This document shows, piece after piece, positions 1 through 12,344 of a stretch of DNA of 64,000 bases. Each line of letters begins with the position of its first letter. The first letter of the stretch is position 1. A program made the position numbers and the translations under genes. The notes beneath the pieces are model-generated. The model was not told the origin of the DNA, made no database searches, and saw only the letters and a list, made by a program, of their open reading frames with translations. The stretch comes from Eledone cirrhosa (lineage: Eukaryota), in contig OZ024741.1 of assembly GCA_964016885.1 (NCBI GenBank), positions 153,574,001 through 153,638,000 on the forward strand, written 5' to 3'.

Positions 1-464
1 TGGGGTAGGGGCAGAGAATGATAAGTGTATGTATATATGTATGTATATACCATTTATTTTAGGTTGTTTACCAATGGGTAGAACTTGTGATTCCGGTTAG
101 TAAACGATGATGCAATAAATCAAAATACTGAACGTTATGCAAATCATCAATCGTAGATGTAGCGACCCATGGCTGGTGCAGGAATGGAGTTAAATATTCG
201 GAGATGGTTTACCGCTACAATAACACCGAATTGGCAGGCCATCCTCGAATCAAATCGGTTCTCTGTTTTCTATTCTCTGTTTTTGTTGGCCGTAATCATG
301 TTATCTTATATAACTAATTCTACAATTAACACCTGATGAAATCGCCTAAGTCTTACATCATGATCGGATGATGAAACTGAGCCATTAAAATATGTATAGT
401 GTTTTCGCGGAATTATAATTCTAAAGAAAGTTTCCAGTCCGGCCTTCTGTTGTTTTTAACGAAT

Positions 465-650
465 ATGTATAATATATATGTGTATGTGTGTGTGTGTGTG
501 CGTGTATGTATGTATATGTGTATATACATATATATATATATATATGTGTGTGTGTATATATATATTTGTATGTGTATACATATACATATATATATATGTG
601 TATACATATACATATATATATATATGTGTGTGTGTATATATATATATATA
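465..650. repeat. (TA)n/(TG)n compound microsatellite
   Basis: Directly visible; abuts the tail of LINE copy 1. Confidence 0.95.
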
Positions 651-3442
651 ACTTTGAATAACTTTGAAATGTTTTGGCCAGTATTGGCCCAGGCCATGTC
701 TAACTTAATAGCACCACCTGGCGAAGTCTTTCAATTCAGGATTTGGGCACCATGGCCCATTCGAGAAGAGAATTACTGTTTGCGGAGACATATCCGGGTG
801 TGGGTGGTTTGTCCGGGATTACTTGGAGGAATTTGTCCAAAGACTTCTTGAATTTTGTGTGGTCAGTTTCTGTTTTGACGTGTCCTGGTGTGATGTTGAA
901 GAGAGCAGGGCCGATTGAGGTGAAATAATTGTGCCGTATTGTTGTTATGAGTTGCGATTTAGATTTTTGAATGGGACGGATAGCACGGGGCCCAAGCCTT
1001 GGGTGTATCTTGAAGGCGATGCCAACATCATTTGGGCAGTGATGATGGAACATTTTCCACATCATGCAGATAATATAACGCTCACGGCGACGTTGGAGTG
1101 AGTAAAGTTTCAGGTTTTCCAATCGACCCCAGTAGTCAAGGTCTGACATGCCATCTATCTTTTTCGTGATTGCCCTTTGAGGAGCTTCAAGTTTCATGAT
1201 ACTTTGTTTCGTGTGGGGAGACCACAGTGGACAACAGTATTCAAGGTGTGGTCGGGCGAAAGTAGAGAAGAGAAGGATAATGGTGCGGGAATCTCTCGAC
1301 TGGAAGGTTCTGAGGATCCAGGAACACATTCTGCGGGCCATGTCAACTTTGCTGCTTATATGCGTGGTCCAGCTTATGTTGCTGTCCACGGTTACTCCCA
1401 AGTCTCTGATGTTGTTAGATGCCACGAGAGTTTCCCCGGAGGGAAGGGAGTACGGGAGTTTCAGAGCATCCTCTTTTCCAAAGTGGATCAGTTCGAATTT
1501 GTCTTCGTTCAGTAACATGTTGTTCTTTTCTGCCCATTGGGTAACAGCCAGTAGGTCTGACTGAAGGCTTATCCGGTCATCCACGCCATTGATGACCTTT
1601 TGGAGCTTGGAATCATCAGCGAAAATTTTAATGTTGCTGTGTTTGATGATGTCAGTGATGTCATTAATATAGATGATGAAGAGAAGTGGGCCCAACACAG
1701 TGCCTTGTGGGACTCCACTACTGACTTTGGCTGGGCTTGATTTGACTCCCTCAACTACAACATGTTGGGTTCTGTTTGACAGGAAGCTCTTGATCCACTG
1801 CAGCAGCTTTCCAGTGACACCAATATTGGACAGCTTTCTCAGTAGAATGTTATGATCAACCCTGTCAAAGGCCTTGCTGAAATCAAGGTAGATAACATCA
1901 GTGTTGGAACCCTCTCCCAAGGCTCTCAAAATGTCATCAAAGTGATGCAGTAGTTGCGTCAGGCAATCCCTTCCATTACGGAATCCATGCTGGTTGGAGT
2001 TCAGCATATTGTTACTCTCAAGGAAGTGGGTCATTCGCGATCTCACCACTCGCTCAAATACCTTAATGATATGAGAGGTGAGTGAGATTGGACGGTAATT
2101 CACGGCAAGGGATTTGTTTCCCTTTTTGAAAACTGGGACAACAGACTGGGATAGAAGGTTTTCTGGCACATATCCAGCATCCAGTGAGTTCCGCCACAGA
2201 TTGGCAAGAGGAGAAGCAAGTTGGTGTTGACACGCCTTCAAGACACAAGCAGGGAACCTATCGGGACCTACTGCTGAATTATGCTTGATTTCCTTTATTG
2301 CCGCCAAGACATCAGGGGCGCCAAACGTTATGTCCGATAAGGTGTAATGGGGAGTAACATCGCCGATACAGCCCAGATCGGCCATATCAGGATTGCTGAA
2401 AACAGAGCAGTATTGTTTCTGCAGTATCTCACCCATGGTTTTAGCATTGTCTTGAAGAGTGCCATTTTCATCAATTAGAGGGCCAACAGTAGAGCCAGTG
2501 ATTTTGTGTTTTTTTGCAAATGAAAAGAACACTTTGGGATTGAGTTTGATCTTCTCAATGGCCCAGGCCTCTTCAGCTCTTCTCTGATTGTTGATGAGGG
2601 ACATTATGTTGTTTTGGAGGTTATGTTTTTTAATCTCTAGTGATGAAATGGCAGTCAAGTTGATGTGTTGCTGCTGACAGTATTTCAGATTGTTGATTTT
2701 TTTGTTCGTTCTCTTAATTTTTCTGATGAGCGTTTTTCTATTTCTAGGGATTCTGCTCTTAGATTTGTTTATAGTTCTTAATGGGGTGTGTTTAGCACAT
2801 ATGTTTGTAACAGTGTCCACAAATGTCTGCCAGGACTTTTTGATGTTAGTGGGTGTATGAGTGTGCGTGAAGGACCAGTCGACATGTGCAAGATCATGAC
2901 TGATCGCTTCCCAGTTTGCATTGTGGAAATCCATAGCGTCAAACGGATGGACAGGAGAAATGACATTGGGTTTGTATATTGGACGGTGGAATCTCAGATC
3001 ACAGAGAACCATGTCATGATCAGAGAGTAGAGTTTTCTCCACTGCAATATTGTGGATATTGTCAGTGTGATTGCTGAAAATTAAGTCTAGGACGTTTTTG
3101 TGGCACCTCGTTGGTTCGAGCACTAGTTGGGATAGGAAGAAATCATCCATGAAGTCAAGAAGCGATTCCACAGCTTCCCTGTCAGAGGTTGAGGCAGAAG
3201 AACCTGGTGGCAGGCTGTTTGTGGACCAGTCAACTCCGGGGAGGTTGAAGTCCCCCATCATTAAGATGTTGTCAGGGTGACACTCTTGGATGAAACACTT
3301 TATGCTGTTGAGGCATTCCTTGAAGCATGGTACAGGCGTTTGGGGTGGCCTATAGAGCCCAACTACTAATAGGTTGTTGGTTTGACTGAATACAGTGACT
3401 GCCTCACAGTATCCATTAGTGAATATGTTCATAGCCTCTGTT
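649..3442 (-). mobile_element. CR1/L2-group non-LTR retrotransposon, copy 1 (5'-truncated within the endonuclease)
   Basis: Contains an open APE-RT ORF. The 3' UTR has a GGCCA-ATAC-TGGCC hairpin (676-689) and a TTCAAAGTTA tandem tail. Identity to copy 2 stops at 3442. Both ends abut TA runs. Confidence 0.93.
736..3432 (-). CDS. LINE ORF2 (AP endonuclease + reverse transcriptase), 898 aa open but N-terminally truncated
   Basis: Endonuclease motifs YRPP, MGDFNLP, LDLIF, SDH. RT motifs YRPISLTS, QHGFR, YLDFSKAFD, SGVPQGTVLGPLLF, FADD, DLGV. CR1-like C-terminus RPHLEYC...LQRRRER. Confidence 0.92.
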   Translation of the reverse strand: MNIFTNGYCEAVTVFSQTNNLLVVGLYRPPQTPVPCFKECLNSIKCFIQECHPDNILMMGDFNLPGVDWSTNSLPPGSSASTSDREAVESLLDFMDDFFLSQLVLEPTRCHKNVLDLIFSNHTDNIHNIAVEKTLLSDHDMVLCDLRFHRPIYKPNVISPVHPFDAMDFHNANWEAISHDLAHVDWSFTHTHTPTNIKKSWQTFVDTVTNICAKHTPLRTINKSKSRIPRNRKTLIRKIKRTNKKINNLKYCQQQHINLTAISSLEIKKHNLQNNIMSLINNQRRAEEAWAIEKIKLNPKVFFSFAKKHKITGSTVGPLIDENGTLQDNAKTMGEILQKQYCSVFSNPDMADLGCIGDVTPHYTLSDITFGAPDVLAAIKEIKHNSAVGPDRFPACVLKACQHQLASPLANLWRNSLDAGYVPENLLSQSVVPVFKKGNKSLAVNYRPISLTSHIIKVFERVVRSRMTHFLESNNMLNSNQHGFRNGRDCLTQLLHHFDDILRALGEGSNTDVIYLDFSKAFDRVDHNILLRKLSNIGVTGKLLQWIKSFLSNRTQHVVVEGVKSSPAKVSSGVPQGTVLGPLLFIIYINDITDIIKHSNIKIFADDSKLQKVINGVDDRISLQSDLLAVTQWAEKNNMLLNEDKFELIHFGKEDALKLPYSLPSGETLVASNNIRDLGVTVDSNISWTTHISSKVDMARRMCSWILRTFQSRDSRTIILLFSTFARPHLEYCCPLWSPHTKQSIMKLEAPQRAITKKIDGMSDLDYWGRLENLKLYSLQRRRERYIICMMWKMFHHHCPNDVGIAFKIHPRLGPRAIRPIQKSKSQLITTIRHNYFTSIGPALFNITPGHVKTETDHTKFKKSLDKFLQVIPDKPPTPGYVSANSNSLLEWAMVPKS

Positions 3443-3561
3443 ATATATAATAAAAAATGTTAAGCTTGTTGAATCCCAACAAATTAAATATAACATCTGC
3501 ATATATATATATATATATGTAATATGTATATGTGGGTGTATATTTACACACACACACACAA

Positions 3562-3636
<75 letters not shown>

Positions 3637-6600
3637 GTTTGAACATTAAAAGTTATACGAAAAAGATTATAAAACGAGTGTGATTTTTAAGCGACAAAAG
3701 CATGAACGGAAAATGACATTGTATATTCGTATATTTAAACAAGAGAGTGGGAGAGAGAGAAGGGGAAATGGAGAGAGAAAGTGCGAGAGAGAGAGTTAAG
3801 GCTAAGGCTAGAGTAAAGCTAGCTACAGCTGAGAGAGAGAGCACAAGATCTACTTTCACTGTTGTTATTTGAGTGAGAGAGTTATAGCGAGTCTATCAAA
3901 GCCAGTTGTCGTGTTGGAATGGTGGCTGTGTGTACACGACACAGCTGGCAGCAAATAGCAGCGTTACATTTTACCTGTCATCAATGATTCTCAGGTAAAA
4001 TGCGAGAGGATATATCATCGCTGGAAAGTCCACGAAACGGTAAATGACGCAACTACCTCCTATGTATGTATAAATATGCTGAGTATATAATTGATGGTAA
4101 CTGGATGATTGTATATTTGTGAAGTTTACAATCGACAATATATTAAATGTGTGTATGTGTGTCAACTCAATACTCATATACGTTACTATATGTGTATATG
4201 TATTTCAGTATTTGTATATATATTATATTATATATATTTATATATATATGCGTTCAAATCACAAGGGACAATGTGAGTTTTTAACTCAATATATACTTTT
4301 GATATATATTATATTAAATATATATATATATTATATTTTATAAATGAAAATATTTTATATATATGGGGAGATAATTTACCTTTTTAAATGCAATAGATAA
4401 ACATTAAATCGGTATATTTATACACGCACAGAAATACTGGCGTAATTTTGTGTGAGAATGATGACAAAGAATTTAGTTTTCGTTTTTAATTGTCTGTAAT
4501 AAACACATACTTTGAAAAGGTGGTCTGTAGTCTTTGACTCCTGAACATTGTGTTAAAAATCTAGATAGGGAATAGAAACAATTCAGTCTTGTTGTCATCT
4601 AATTACATAAACCTTTTTTTTTCTTTTTTTTTTTTTCATTTATTGTCTGTAATATTCTCATTGCACACTTCGTCGCTTATATTCCTTGGATTCTCCTGCT
4701 CGACAATTTCAAATGAGAATGTATGTATATATAATAAATATATATATAATTGGAGGTTGTTCGTGTCGGATTAGTGATCACGGGGGGTTAATTTAAGAGT
4801 AGCAAATAATAATATGCCCTCCTAACACGCTTGTTGATTCCTTCGTACTGTATTTTTAAGTGCCCTGTACGAGATCATAACGAAACGGGAATGATATATA
4901 TTCATTTAATCGATTTAAATGTTTGTGTAGAACTGGTAAGCCATGGCAGACTGGGAAAGGTATCTAATTAATAACCCTTGTAATACATTGTTGGTTGTTT
5001 CAGCAAATATTAAGTTGGTTTAGTAGAATGGTGTTGCAAAAGATGTTCTGAGAAACAGAAGACAATTTTGAGTTGATTGGTTCCGAAAGTAAAAGAGATA
5101 AAGCCTGGGCAGTGGTGATTCTCACTGTTTTGGTTGCGTGGTGTCATGCTCACACCTTATGATTAAGAAATAAAAACCAGAGAGAGAAAAGCCCTATGTA
5201 ATAACACGAAAGTATTGTTTGAAGCAACGATAGAGCCGGATTTGAGATTGTTACACTCTTATTTAAGAATACATTTTGCCTCATATTAACTACTGTTTAA
5301 AGACTCCAACAATGGAATGTTTTTGAAATAATTCTTTTCTGTAGAAAAAAGTTAGATTAACACTTGGTGAAGCACAGTAATAAAATTAAGCCATTCTGTC
5401 GCCATCATGTTTCTATATTATTTACACTTTTTATCATTTAATAAGACGAAATAAATCTCAATAATGGTTCTAAGTCTGAATGGAATAATATCCGTGGTGA
5501 TCGACTTAATTCGGGTATCATAAATAGTATAATAATAATTAGAAATTAATTTTATTCATATATATTAAATAACATTCTCACAGAATTAAAATATAAACAC
5601 ATAATAAATACAATTAATTATTGCTAGGAAGCTCACAAATATAAGGCACAAAAAATTATGATCAAAGCGGGAGAGAAAAAAAACAACAAATTCACCACTA
5701 AGCGCGACAATCAGCTGCAGAACAAAAGGGTGCACGGAAATTTTTTAGGCAAGCCAACACGCTTGTGCAATACCACGGGTGATGGCGAGGCTAAGTGTTG
5801 AACCAACCAAGCACCGTCACGGACATCAATTGTTTCTACTTTTAACTCTATGCCTGCAATTTGAAGGGAAGGGAAAGTCGATTAAATGGACCTCAGTGTT
5901 ACTGGTACTTTATTTTATCTTAATAATACTCATCTTACCAACAAGAAAGTACTTAAAGATAAGGGTGGATTAAGATAAAATTTTACACGACATGTTAGAA
6001 ATAGCAGCAAAATATCCTTCGAATCTGAAAAAGAAGGAAGAACATATTGTACAATGTAGTTCGTGATTGTCATGTCTGGAAAGTCTTCGATCCTAGACTT
6101 GCTGTCCACGGTTGACACTGTAGCGGCTGTCTCCCTTGTTTGGATCTAGACGGGAAGTAGAACCCTTTCTGCAACTTCCGGTCAGAACCCTATAAAACTA
6201 ACAACTTTGAGTTCTCACCCTCTCATTGCCTTTTCGGCACCAGGTCGAGAGCCTCTCAGCCAGGCGTCCTCTGCCAGCCGCGTTTGCTTGGCAATCAAAA
6301 CGGTAACTACTAACTTTGTTTCATTCTATCATCCTCATCTTTGACATGACAACTATACTATCTACCATTGTTAATTAAATATTATCTACAAACAAACAAT
6401 GTATTCCTTGTTACATTCATACAACCCAGTATCCTCGTTATAACACTATTATTCAAGCAGTTGGATTTACTTTGTTCGCGAAACAATTTTATGGGCAGAA
6501 TCAAGGAATTAAAACAATATATGAGTGTGCTGTAGATTCACAGTTATAAACTACACAGCACTTAGAATGTATAAAAGTAGTGCTATGTATGTATATTTAT

Positions 6601-6747
6601 TAATGTCTAACTACATATGAGAGAGAGAAAGACAGAAGAGACCACAAATCATGGGAGTATCATGCGAGACACAAGCGCCGCGGTCGGGATTTTACCCCCC
6701 CCCCCCCTCTTTATATATATATAACGAAGGAGGTGAGGGAATGGAAC

Positions 6748-6888
6748 CAGATGGACCATAACGCACCAGAGTACTCAATACTTAGGGTAGTAGAGTGGGT
6801 AATAGGAAAATGTTTAACCCCGACGGCAGAGCTCAAGCCGTTTCGACGGCTATTTCCAGAATTAGCCGTCGAAACGGCTTGAGCTCTG
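6748..6888 (-). mobile_element. Fold-back remnant of a hammerhead-bearing (Penelope pLTR-like) element
   Basis: Perfect 26-bp inverted arms at 6827-6852 and 6863-6888. The minus strand reads stem II GACGGCTA..TAGCCGTC, GAAA, stem III CGGC..GCCG, TC, GGGG, but has no CTGANGA box. The same family occurs at 42735-42849. Confidence 0.65.
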
Positions 6889-6929
6889 TATGTATATATA
6901 TATATGTGTATGTATGTATATATATATGT

Positions 6930-7115
6930 ATGGCTTTGTGCAGTGCCTTTGCTCACTATAAAAGCTTCACAGCACAGGCATTGCTTTATATCTGGAGATC
7001 TCTCTGCACTTGTCATCACATGGTACCATGGGCCCTGCACTATGTGTCAATAATGGTCACAAGTGTAGTCTTTGTACCAGAGTTTTCAAGTCGCTGGCTG
7101 GACTAAAGTCACATT
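6930..7115 (+). mobile_element. RTE/BovB-like LINE 3' fragment with C-terminal C2H2-like finger
   Basis: Translations IWRSLC and [19 protein letters not shown] resemble the RTE ORF end. Confidence 0.45.
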
Positions 7116-7192
7116 CGTTCAGCGCATCGGTAGGGGTTCTCCTACATGGATATAAAGTAGTGGCCGTACTCGAAAACGAGTTGGCAGCCACC

Positions 7193-7337
7193 ATGTATGT
7201 ATATATATATGTATGTATATATATATGTATGTATATGTATGTATATATATATGTATATATATATATATGTATATATATATGTATATATATATATATGTAT
7301 GTATATGTATATATATATATATGTATATATATATATG

Positions 7338-7388
<51 letters not shown>

Positions 7389-7434
7389 GTATGTATATAC
7401 ATATATATATGTATATATATATGTATGTATATAC

Positions 7435-7472
<38 letters not shown>

Positions 7473-7653
7473 GTATATATGTATATATATATATGTATGT
7501 ATATATATATATGTATGTATATATATATATGTATGTATATATATATGTATGTATATATATATGTATGTATGTATATATGTATGTATATATATATGTATGT
7601 ATATATATATGTATATATATATATGTATGTATATATGTATATATATATGTATG

Positions 7654-7693
<40 letters not shown>

Positions 7694-7858
7694 TATGTAT
7701 GTATATATGTATGTATATATATATATATGTATGTATATATATATGTATGTATATATATATGTATGTATATATATATGTATGTATATATATATATATGTAT
7801 GTATATATATATATATGTGTATGTATATATATATATATGTATGTATATATATATATAT
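7193..7858. repeat. Long (TA)n/(TATG)n microsatellite array
   Basis: About 665 bp, directly visible. Confidence 0.97.
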
Positions 7859-7934
7859 AACTTTGAAATGTTTTGGCCAGTATTGGCCCAGGCCATGTCT
7901 AACTTAATAGCACCACCTGGTGAAGTCTTTCAAC

Positions 7935-10900
7935 TCAGGATTTGGGCACCATGGCCCATTCGAGAAGAGAATTACTGTTTGCGGAGACATATCCGGGTGT
8001 GGGTGGTTTGTCCGGGATTACTTGGAGGAATTTGTCCAAAGACTTCTTGAATTTTGTGTGGTCAGTTTCTGTTTTGACGTGTCCTGGTGTGATGTTGAAG
8101 AGAGCAGGGCCGATTGAGGTGAAATAATTGTGCCGTATTGTTGTTATGAGTTGCGATTTAGATTTTTGAATGGGACGGATAGCACGGGGCCCAAGCCTTG
8201 GGTGTATCTTGAAGGCGATGCCAACATCATTTGGGCAGTGATGATGGAACATTTTCCACATCATGCAGATAATATAACGCTCACGGCGACGTTGGAGTGA
8301 GTAAAGTTTCAGGTTTTCTAGTCGACCCCAGTAGTCAAGGTTTGACATGCCATCTATCTTTTTAGTGATTGCCCTTTGAGGAGCTTCAAGTTTCATGATA
8401 CTTTGTTTCGTGTGGGGAGACCACAGTGGACAACAGTATTCAAGGTGTGGTCGGGCAAAAGTAGAGAAGAGAAGGATAATGGTGTGGGAATCTCTCGACT
8501 GGAAGGTTCTGAGGATCCAGGAACACATTCTGCGGGCCATGTCAACTTTGCTGCTTATATGCGTGGCCCAGCTTATGTTGCTGTCCACGGTTACTCCCAA
8601 GTCTCTGATGTTGTTAGATGCCACGAGAGTTTCCCCGGAGGGAAGGGAGTACGGGAGTTTCAGAGCATCCTCTTTTCCAAAGTGGATCAGTTCGAATTTG
8701 TCTTCGTTCAGTAACATGTTCTTTTCCGCCCATTGGGTAACAGCCAGTAGGTCTGACTGAAGGCTTATCCGGTCATCCACGCCATTGATGACCTTTTGGA
8801 GCTTGGAATCATCAGCGAAAATTTTAATGTTGCTGTGTTTGATGATGTCAGTGATGTCATTAATATAGATGATGAAGAGAAGAGAAGTGGGCCCAACACA
8901 GTGCCTTGTGGGACCTCACTACTGACTTTGGCTGGGCTGGATTTGACTCCTTCAACTACAACATGTTGGGTTCTATTTGACAGGAAGCTCTTGATCCACT
9001 GCAGCAGCTTTCCAGTGACACCAATATTGGACAGCTTTCTCAGTAGAATGTTATGATCAACCCTGTCAAAGGCCTTGCTGAAATCAAGGTAGATAACATC
9101 AGTGTTGGAACCCTCTCCCAAGGCTCTCAAAATGTCATCAAAGTGATGCAGTAGCTGCGTCAGGCAATCCCTTCCATTACGGAATCCATGCTGGTTGGAG
9201 TTCAGCATATTGTTACTCTCAAGGAAGTGGGTCATTCGCGATCTCACCACTCTCACAAATACCTTAATGATATGAGAGGTGAGTGAGATTGGACGGTAAT
9301 TCACGGCAAGGGATTTGTTTCCCTTTTTGAAAACTGGGACAACAGACTGGGATAGAAGGTTTTCTGGCACATATCCAGCATCCAGTGAGTTCCGCCACAG
9401 ATTGGCAAGAGGAGATGCAAGTTGGTGTTGACACGCCTTCAAGACACAAGCAGGGAACCTATCGGGACCTACTGCTGAATTATGCTTGATTTCCTTTATT
9501 GCCGCTAAGACATCAGGGGCGCCAAACGTTATGTCCGATAAGGTGTAATGGGGAGTAACATCGCCGATACAGCCCAGATCGGCCATATCAGGATTGCTGA
9601 AAACAGAGCAGTATTGTTTCTGCAGTATCTCACCCATGGTTTTAGCATTGTCTTGAAGAGTGCCATTTTCATCAATTAGAGGGCCAACAGTAGAGCCAGT
9701 GATTTTGTGTTTTTTTGCAAATGAAAAGAACACTTTGGGATTGAGTTTGATCTTCTCAATGGCCCAGGCCTCTTCAGCTCTTCTCTGATTGTTGATGAGG
9801 GACATTATGTTGTTTTGGAGGTTATGTTTTTTAATCTCTAGTGATGAAATGGCAGTCAAGTTGATGTGTTGCTGCTGACAGTATTTCAGCTTGTTGATTT
9901 TTTTGTTCGTTCTCTTAATTTTTCTGATGAGCGTTTTTCTTTTTCTAGGGATTCTGCTCTTAGATTTGTTTATAGTTCTTAATGGGGTGTGTGTTGCACA
10001 TATGTTTGTAACAGTGTCCACAAATGTCTGCCAGGACTTTTTGATGTTAGTGGGTGTATGAGTGTGCGTGAAAGACCAGTCGACATGTGCAAGATCATGA
10101 CTGATCGCTTCCCAGTTTGCATTGTGGAAATCCATAGCGTCAAACGGATGGACAGGAGAGATGACATTGGGTTTGTATATTGGACGGTGGAATCTCAGAT
10201 CACAGAGAACCATGTCATGATCAGAGAGTAGAGTTTTCTCCACTGCAATATTGTGGATATTGTCAGTGTGATTGCTGAAAATTAAGTCTAGGACGTTTTT
10301 GTGGCACCTCGTTGGTTCGAGCACCAGTTGGGATAGGAAGAAATCATCCATGAAGTCAAGAAGCGATTCCACTGCTTCCCTGTCAGAGGTTGAGGCAGAA
10401 GAACCTGGTGGCAGGCTGTTTGTGGACCAGTCAACTCCGGGGAGGTTGAAGTCCCCCATCATTAAGATGTTGTCAGGGTGACACTCTTGGATGAAACACT
10501 TTATGCTGTTGAGGCATTCCTTGAAGCATGGTACAGGCGTTTGGGGTGGCCTATAGAGCCCAACTACTATTAGGTTGTTGGTTTGACTGAATACAGTGAC
10601 TGCTTCACAGTATCCATTAGTGAATATGTTCATAGCCTCTGTTGAGAAAGAATTATGGACATAAATGGCAGTCCCGCCCTTCTGCCAGCACGGATGGCTT
10701 TGAAATTTTTCACTTTCACCTCGGCTTCCAAGTGGAGGTTACTGAGATGGGTTTCAGTGAGGACGAAGAAAGAGATGTGATTTGGATGGACATCAATCCA
10801 GTCCTCCAGGAATTTGATCTTCCATTTTTGAGTATTGGTGGAAGGGCTGATGCCTTGGGCGTTAAGCAAAAATGTAGAGGCGAGAGTGGATGGTTTTAAT

Positions 10901-10944
10901 TGTTTTGGTGTGTTGTTAATTTGTTTGTTTGTTAATGGCAGCAA
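7935..10944 (-). pseudogene. LINE ORF2 (EN+RT) split over three frames
   Basis: ORFs 10630-10944, 8765-10633 and 7935-8780 together reproduce the copy 1 protein plus the missing endonuclease N-terminus. Confidence 0.88.
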
Positions 10945-11656
10945 TGGGAGTTTGTGCAGTGGGGTGATAGTGGAGGGTGGTGCTGGGTGATAGCTCGAAT
11001 GTTTTTTTCCAGTTCTTTTGCCAGATTCATTATGGCTAAAAAAGAGGAAGAAGTTTCCTGTTTAGAAGACTGTTGGTGACTGTGGTAGTGGTTATTTTTA
11101 TGTAGGTTATGGTTTTTGTTTTTGCTTTTATTTTTAATTTTATTTTCATTTGTCCGACGGGTCCCCGGGAGATGGGTAAAGGGACAATCCCGGTCTAAAC
11201 ACAATCTGTCTCGCAGGGAAAAGCGGCAGATTTGTGGATTCCTTGTTTGAGTTATTGGTGGTTGTGTTGGTGTTAAATTAGAGTATGTATTATGGTGGTG
11301 GCTGTTTGTGGGGATAGATCGTTTTGTCCTAGGTAAATGGGTGAATTTGCAGCCACTATCCGTACATATTCTATAGCGTAGAGAGTAGCGGCAAATGATG
11401 GGGTTTCGAGTGGGTGTGTGTGTTGTGAGAGGTGTAGATGATGGTTTGAGTAGGATTTGACGACCTTTGTGGACTGTGGGAGGGAGAGTTCTTGTTCTGG
11501 TATTAGAAGGTAAATTCCTTGAAATAGCAGTAGCCAAAGATGTTGTAGTAGGCAGAGAAGAAGATGTTGGCAGTGGTGATGATTGGACTGCTGGGCCAGA
11601 GAAAGGATGTGGCGTTTCCTGCTGTGAGACAGAGGCTACTGGGAGGTCAATAGTTG
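10932..11656 (-). CDS. LINE ORF1 C-terminal portion with two CCCH-type zinc fingers
   Basis: [22 protein letters not shown] and [22 protein letters not shown] (C-x8-C-x4-C-x3-H), located immediately upstream of ORF2. Confidence 0.7.
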
Positions 11657-11990
11657 TATGTATGTATGTATATATATATATGTATGTATATATATATATG
11701 TATGTATGTATATATATATATATATGTATATATATGTATATATATATATATATATATGTATGTATATATATATGTATATATATATGTATGTATATATATA
11801 TGTATATATATATATGTATGTATGTATATATATATATGTATGTATGTATATATATATATATATATATGTGTGTATGTATGTATATATATATATGTATGTA
11901 TATATATATATATATATATGTGTATGTATGTATATATGTATGTATGTATATATGTATGTATATATATATGTATGTATATATATATGTATG

Positions 11991-12026
<36 letters not shown>

Positions 12027-12046
12027 TATGTATGTATATATGTATG

Positions 12047-12086
<40 letters not shown>

Positions 12087-12116
12087 TGTATGTATATATG
12101 TATGTATATATATATG

Positions 12117-12156
<40 letters not shown>

Positions 12157-12250
12157 TATATATATGAATGTATATATATATATATGAATGTATATATATA
12201 TATATGAATGTATATATATATATATATGTATGTATATATATATATGTATG

Positions 12251-12342
<92 letters not shown>
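11657..12342. repeat. Long (TA)n/(TATG)n microsatellite array
   Basis: About 685 bp, directly visible. Confidence 0.97.

Positions 12343-12344
<2 letters not shown>

Larger units (their letters stand above)
7858..11656 (-). mobile_element. CR1/L2-group LINE, copy 2: longer, with ORF1 C-terminus and frameshifted ORF2
   Basis: Near-identical to copy 1 over 7858-10642. It extends further to the endonuclease start (LLNAQGI...VLTETHL) and ORF1. ORF2 is broken by a frameshift near 10685 and a 5-bp GAAGA duplication near 8878, and has a 3-bp deletion near 8718. Confidence 0.93.

Noticed and set aside
328-390. CTGATGA...GAAAC hammerhead-like motif
   Set aside because: No convincing stem I, stem III or NUH site; at best a very decayed relic.
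1177-3280. Plus-strand ORFs over the LINE (and equivalents at 8376-10481)
   Set aside because: Antisense shadows of ORF2; shared between the copies only because the copies are nearly identical.
7010-8050. Long Y/I/M/C/V/H-rich ORFs (also 399-851, 11467-12382, 13403-13984, 18289-18737)
   Set aside because: Translations of (TA)/(TG)/(TATG) microsatellites that lack stop codons; not proteins.
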